From contig NMRA01000646.1 of assembly GCA_002633005.1 (NCBI GenBank), forward strand, positions 124,001 to 188,000: a DNA stretch of 64,000 nt, given 5' to 3'. Origin of the DNA: Phoronis australis (taxonomy: Eukaryota > Animalia > Phoronida). A program made the position numbers and the translations under genes. The notes under the pieces are model-generated. The model searched no databases and was not told the origin of the DNA. It was given only the letters and a program-made list of their open reading frames with translations. The stretch's first letter is position 1, and each line of letters opens with the position of its first letter. This document shows, piece after piece, positions 59,601 to 64,000 of this stretch.

Positions 59601-62089
59601 GTCAACATGTAGACCTAATGTTCTGGGAGCCAATCGACACTCACCTTGCCGGCGCTTACAGCCATTAAAGTGAAAAACGAAACGTCTTTTTCTTGTATAA
59701 TTCTCTGCTTATTGTAACAAAGAAAGGTCTATTGTTGTTTTGAAAACAGTATGCTTGTGACAGGTGCACATGCCATCTCCTAAATTTTTGTGACATCTCT
59801 TGAGAGATGATGACAACTTCGCAGCAGTAAATTTTTTCCGAAATTCAGTTTGCTGGTTTTAAAATACTAAGAACTCATAAATCAGATCCAAAAGTGTTAT
59901 GACATGTGCAAAACCTCATTAAAGAAGAACAGTTGATTGAAGAATCGGCAAAAAAAGAAACTGGCCAATAGGTGACACAACATTTCACGGGGCCAAAGAC
60001 GACGCAAAATATCACTCCACAAGTTTAGCAGCAGAATAACGGGACAATGTCAATTTTTCCAACACCAGTAATTAATTTAGTTTACTAAAGGAAGAGTAGT
60101 TTTTAATGACACTGACTTTGTGTCAGATTTTATTGGCCATTTTTTACCCACATCTGCACAGAGCTGTATATTTATCATACTAAATAATAGTCCACATTTA
60201 TAAAAATAGCTCTCTTATACAATAATATTAATGAGGACTTATCAATCTGAATGCCATTTTGTATCTCACACTAGTTGAAGTGTGTTGGAGTTAAGTTTCA
60301 CTCTGTTTTTTCAGACATTAATGAGTGTGAAGGTGAGCACCACTGTGATGAGGTGTGTCACAACAGTGCAGGTAGTTACTCCTGTTCCTGTAACTCTACT
60401 GGTCATGTTCTCTATGCCTTTGATGGGATGGAGGGGTTCAATGTACCTGATTCTGAGACAGGTTTACTGCCTGGTGACAAGTATTACATCAACCATACCT
60501 GCGTTCGTAAGTACAGTGTACTTTTTCATTCACGAAACTTCTCAACTACATGTAATGTGGGGCCAGGGTTTTGTGGTTTTTCCTCCATGTTCCTGTGTCC
60601 ATATTTATGCAGAACTTGAGGTGTGTTGGTCACAACTGGCAATGCATTGCTTACAGTTTCTCTCGAGGAATTATGATATGATGCAGACATCTATTGGATG
60701 TATGGTCTGCCTATTACGTGAACTCTAAAATATGATATGCTGCAACCATCTATTGGATGTATAGTGTGCCTATTGGGTGAACTCTGAATTATGATATGCT
60801 GCAGCCATCTATTGGATGCATGGTCTGCCTATTGAGTGAACTCTGAATTATGATATGCTGCAGCCATCTATTGGATGTATGGTCTGCCTATTGAGTGAAC
60901 TCTGAATTATGATATGGTGCAGCCATCTACTGGATGTATGGTCTGCCTATTGAGTGAACTCTGAATTATGATATGGTGCAGCCATCTATTGGATGTATGG
61001 TCTGCCTATGGTGTGAACTCTGAATTATGATATGGTGCAGCCATCTATAATTACCAGGGTTTGATGGATAATCCTCAGGTTATATCAATTCTGTTGTCTT
61101 CTTCCCTGAGAATTTTCCACGAGAGAGAATTTTATTAAAAAGCTTGAACAATAAATGCTTAATTTTCTCTATTTGATTTATTACTAAATTGTGATTTATG
61201 TAATCATTATTTTTTACAGCTAAGCAGTGTTCCAATAGTTTGAATTTCAAGGTTGGAGAAACTTATCGAGTAGACACATTCGGAAAACACAAATTTCATT
61301 ATGGAGACAATGTGACTTTTTTCTGTGACATCGGGTTCATCAGTTCTGGTGAAAACTACAGTACCTGCCAGCCTGACGGTCAATGGAGTGCATCTAGGGT
61401 GAAATGTTCTGGTAAGTTTCATTGCCATTATAACAATCAATTGAATATACATATCTCTATATAATACTTAAGACTTTANATGGAGACAATGTGACTTTTT
61501 TCTGTGACATCGGGTTCATCAGTTCTGGTGAAAACTACAGTACCTGCCAGCCTGATGGTCAATGGAGTGCATCTATGGTCAAATGTTCTGGTAAGTTTCA
61601 TTGCCATTATAACAATCAATTGAATATACATATCTCTATATAATACTTAAGACTTTATTGTGGAACTATGAAGGAAACTCACTTAATCTTTTGTTATAGT
61701 TACATTTTGTAATAGCATGAGTCATTGATGTGTTACAGACCCACTTGTGGTTTTTCTTATGCTAGATGTGTTTTTTGTTTTTAGTTGTTGCCTACTGGGA
61801 CCTGAGCAAAATATATTACTTTAGTTGCAGCAATCGTTGTGTACAATCTCTTCAGGACTGGTTTTGCTGATGACCCATTCTGTTATTTCAGTTGCTCGCT
61901 GTAAGGGTATTCCTGTGAAGCCTCAACATTACAATTTGTCTACATCTGACGATATCAAGTACAATGACCACGTTAACATTACATGTTTCAAGTACCGTCC
62001 TTCACCTTTAGTTAAGACTTTGAGATGTGGCTATGATGCACGTGGGGACACCTATGTCTTGATGGGAGGCACACCAACCTGTTCAGATA
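56533..62089 (+). CDS. Gene 2 (internal fragment, 9 exons): uninflatable-like CUB-sushi4-EGF2-sushi2 protein
   Basis: Domain order and motifs GFKCKFSV-DCP, SETGLLPGDKYYINHTCV, CGYD..YVLMG..PTC recall Drosophila Uif (from memory, not searched). Confidence 0.75.
56898..57098 (+). CDS. Gene 2 exon: sushi/CCP 1
   Basis: DCPPL..CLSGYQF..CEKDGKW..PRC. Confidence 0.88.
57251..57415 (+). CDS. Gene 2 exon: sushi/CCP 2
   Basis: CGPLPVIKHG..YKCDVGY..CQSNGKW..PTC. Confidence 0.9.
57763..57939 (+). CDS. Gene 2 exon: sushi/CCP 3
   Basis: C..LDNG..FQCNPGYDLVG..W..PDC. Confidence 0.9.
58130..58850 (+). mobile_element. Degenerate DINE/Helentron-like core repeats, paralog of 63440-63850
   Basis: Shared gtgaagaat..tggcaggt..ctattga.gagagc..tgcacctc. 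Confidence 0.4.
58972..59145 (+). CDS. Gene 2 exon: sushi/CCP 4
   Basis: C..VENG..FGD..CNHGYHLNG..PTC. Confidence 0.88.
59389..59502 (+). CDS. Gene 2 exon: calcium-binding EGF 1
   Basis: [30 protein letters not shown]. Confidence 0.9.
60315..60506 (+). CDS. Gene 2 exon: calcium-binding EGF 2 with long insert
   Basis: DINECEGEHHCDEVCHNSAGSYSCSC..NHTCV. Confidence 0.9.
60668..61048. repeat. 59-bp minisatellite, about 6.5 copies
   Basis: gaattatgatatg..gtgaactct at 60786, 60845, 60904, 60963, 61022 and upstream. Confidence 0.95.
61220..61411 (+). CDS. Gene 2 exon: sushi/CCP 5
   Basis: KQC..FHYGDNVTFFCDIGF..CQPDGQW..C. Confidence 0.88.
61892..62089 (+). CDS. Gene 2 exon: divergent sushi/CCP 6
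   Basis: ARC..YNDHVNITC..LRCGYD..PTC. Confidence 0.83.
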
Positions 62090-62244
62090 GTAAGTTTTAG
62101 AGAACGTGTTTTTGTAGCAAATGACAGTCTCTTTTGTGCTTTGACCAGTGATTTTTTCTGCCTAAAGCTGTGTAGTGTTATAAGTGATTCAATGGAGATA
62201 GGAATTTGTGCTTAACTTTGGGTTGTTGATGCCCACATATATTA

Positions 62245-63300
62245 TACGAGATGATATCCAAAGATTCTAGTAATTTGAGCATGGATCAACTAATAATGTA
62301 ATGCAGTGGTTGTCTCCCCTTGTCCCCCTCCAAATCATCCCTCTTGGCACGTATGTGTTCCGAGACAGTGTTTCTCCCATGCATTTTTCATACTCTTCAC
62401 TTGTCACTTCCCCTTGCAACTTCAGCGATTGTCTTTGAATCGCATATTTTGACTGAATTTTAGTTGTTGGAAGTAAAAAGAAGTCACTAGTTGCTATACT
62501 GGGTCTGGTGAATAAGCTGGTTGTGGAATGATCTTTGTGTTCCTATAGTCCAAAAACTCTTGGACAACGTATGACATGTGAGAAGGCACGGTATAGTGTT
62601 GAAGGGACCATGCAGTCATTGTTTTTCTTCTGTTCCGGTCATTTGTGGCAAATGCTGTCCTAAGGTTGTTTCTAAAGTTCGCAGTAAAACTCCCCACTAA
62701 CTGTTTGTTGCTAAGGCACAAATTTCTTGTGAACAATGCCCTACCTGTTGAAAAAACAATGTTCACGGACTTCACATTGCCTGGAACTTGTCACGCCTTT
62801 TTCGGTCATAGTGAAACAAATGACTTCCATTGTGATGGCTCTTGCTTAGCCTTGGGTGTCCCTTGTATCCACTGTAATAATCCTTGGGTGTCCCTTGTAT
62901 CCACTGTAATAAACCAATTCCATGTCAGCTCTGACTCGTTTGAGATCCCAGCAAATTGCAGTGTCTTCTGTTTATTGCTGACAAGTCATGGAACAGATTT
63001 GGTAGAAATATGCCTAATGTTTAGTTCATCTGACAAATTTGCTGAACACATTTCTAAAATGTTGCATTTTTCAGCAGTCTCCTTCAGTTGGTATAGTCAT
63101 GTGCACTTTTTCTGCAGTGTTTTTCTTGTCAGTGGTGTGCCGCAGCGCTCATAATCTTCAATGTATGTTTGACTCTCCTTGGAACATCGGTACCACACAA
63201 ATGCTATTTCGTGACCATTTCATTGTTTCTTTGAATTTTTTGGCATCCGCCTCTCTACAGACCAAACCACTCTAAGGACAATGCCTAACTTCACGGAAAT
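62245..63300 (-). mobile_element. Degenerate mariner (Tc1/mariner) transposon relic
   Basis: Frameshifted fragments QWK..PKKA.QV..NVK..IVFF..GIVH..FVP and QEFL..PQPAYSPD..DFF; TACGAG end at 62245. Confidence 0.8.
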
Positions 63301-63439
63301 AAATGACAGGTCTGACTGCTGTTGTGCCTTCTATTTCTGTTTCTGTTTCTGTGGTGATGTCAGAGGGTAGGCACTGGGATAGTCTCTGCCCTCCTCCTTC
63401 CAGTGTCGCACGCAATGTAAATTTGGAGATGCAACCAAG

Positions 63440-63850
63440 TTCGTGCCTTCTAGTGGCAATTTTGTTTTTTTTTTTGTTTTTTTTGCTTATGGTTCAATAT
63501 CCTGAATCGATCTTCATGAAATAGGCTCAGCCTGGTGTATTGTCATATCCAACTAATGTGAAGTCCTTCAATGGCAGTTTTGTTTTTTCTATGCTTTTGT
63601 CTTGTCATCTATCAAGTTTCTTGATGGATATTCATGATGTTTGGCAAATAAGTTACTATCACGTAGATGATGGCGCAAGCCTTGTTGAAGAATGATTTGA
63701 CATAAGTTGCTCCACCTAATGGCCTTATTGCTGTTTAGTTCTTTGTTGCCTGCCGGCCAAACTACGTGAAGAATCACGATGAGGTTTTTGGCAGGTTTGT
63801 TTCTATTGAGGAGAGCGTTGCTGACTTGCTGTGCACCTCCTACAGCCTAT
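63440..63850 (+). mobile_element. Degenerate DINE/Helentron-like core repeats
   Basis: tagtggcaatttt core as at 43872-44250; similar to 58130-58850. Confidence 0.4.
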
Positions 63851-64000
63851 TTTAAGTTTTCTAGTATTTCTAACATTAATGGTTATATTTAAAATAATCG
63901 CTATTCTTTGTGTCTGTGTTGTGTGTACACTTTAGGTGTATATCAACACTTTATGAGGGTTTACATGTTGTGTAATGAACCTGTATTCTGTGTCTTAAGC

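Noticed and set aside
60668-61048. CRISPR-like regular repeats (also 18526 and 33640)
   Set aside because: Head-to-tail units with no unique spacers, no cas genes, eukaryotic intron context
61301-61657. 178-bp tandem duplication of part of the sushi 5 exon
   Set aside because: The copies flank a single N at 61479, differ by only a few substitutions, and the second has no acceptor; typical unmerged contig or haplotype overlap
62645-63154. 169-aa plus-strand ORF
   Set aside because: Antisense shadow of the minus-strand mariner relic

Overview
AT-rich animal genomic DNA with GT-AG introns; the domain and repeat content looks mollusc/lophotrochozoan-like, but that is inference. About 1.6-55 kb carries one very large + strand gene. 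I traced it as 62 phase-compatible exons (about 12.1 kb coding, about 4,030 aa; no start exon or terminal exon found). Domain order: C-type lectin (QPD/WND), vWA, P/T linker, IgGFc-binding (FCGBP N-terminal-like) domain, acidic DxDxDG repeats, 3 vWA, 13 VWC-like modules with 5 interspersed ShK domains, then a young, near-identical ~1.56-kb tandem array of ShK + P/T/S/K-rich exons (13 intact, several dead copies, one chimeric exon, last copy cut by a repeat element). After a single-N gap at 56316 come + strand exons of an uninflatable-like CUB/sushi/EGF protein. Introns hold MITEs, Helentron/DINE-like elements, a mariner relic, minisatellites (two duplicate splice sites) and an antisense Penelope-type minimal hammerhead motif. 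All exon calls are read by eye from splice signals and frame, with no transcript evidence.
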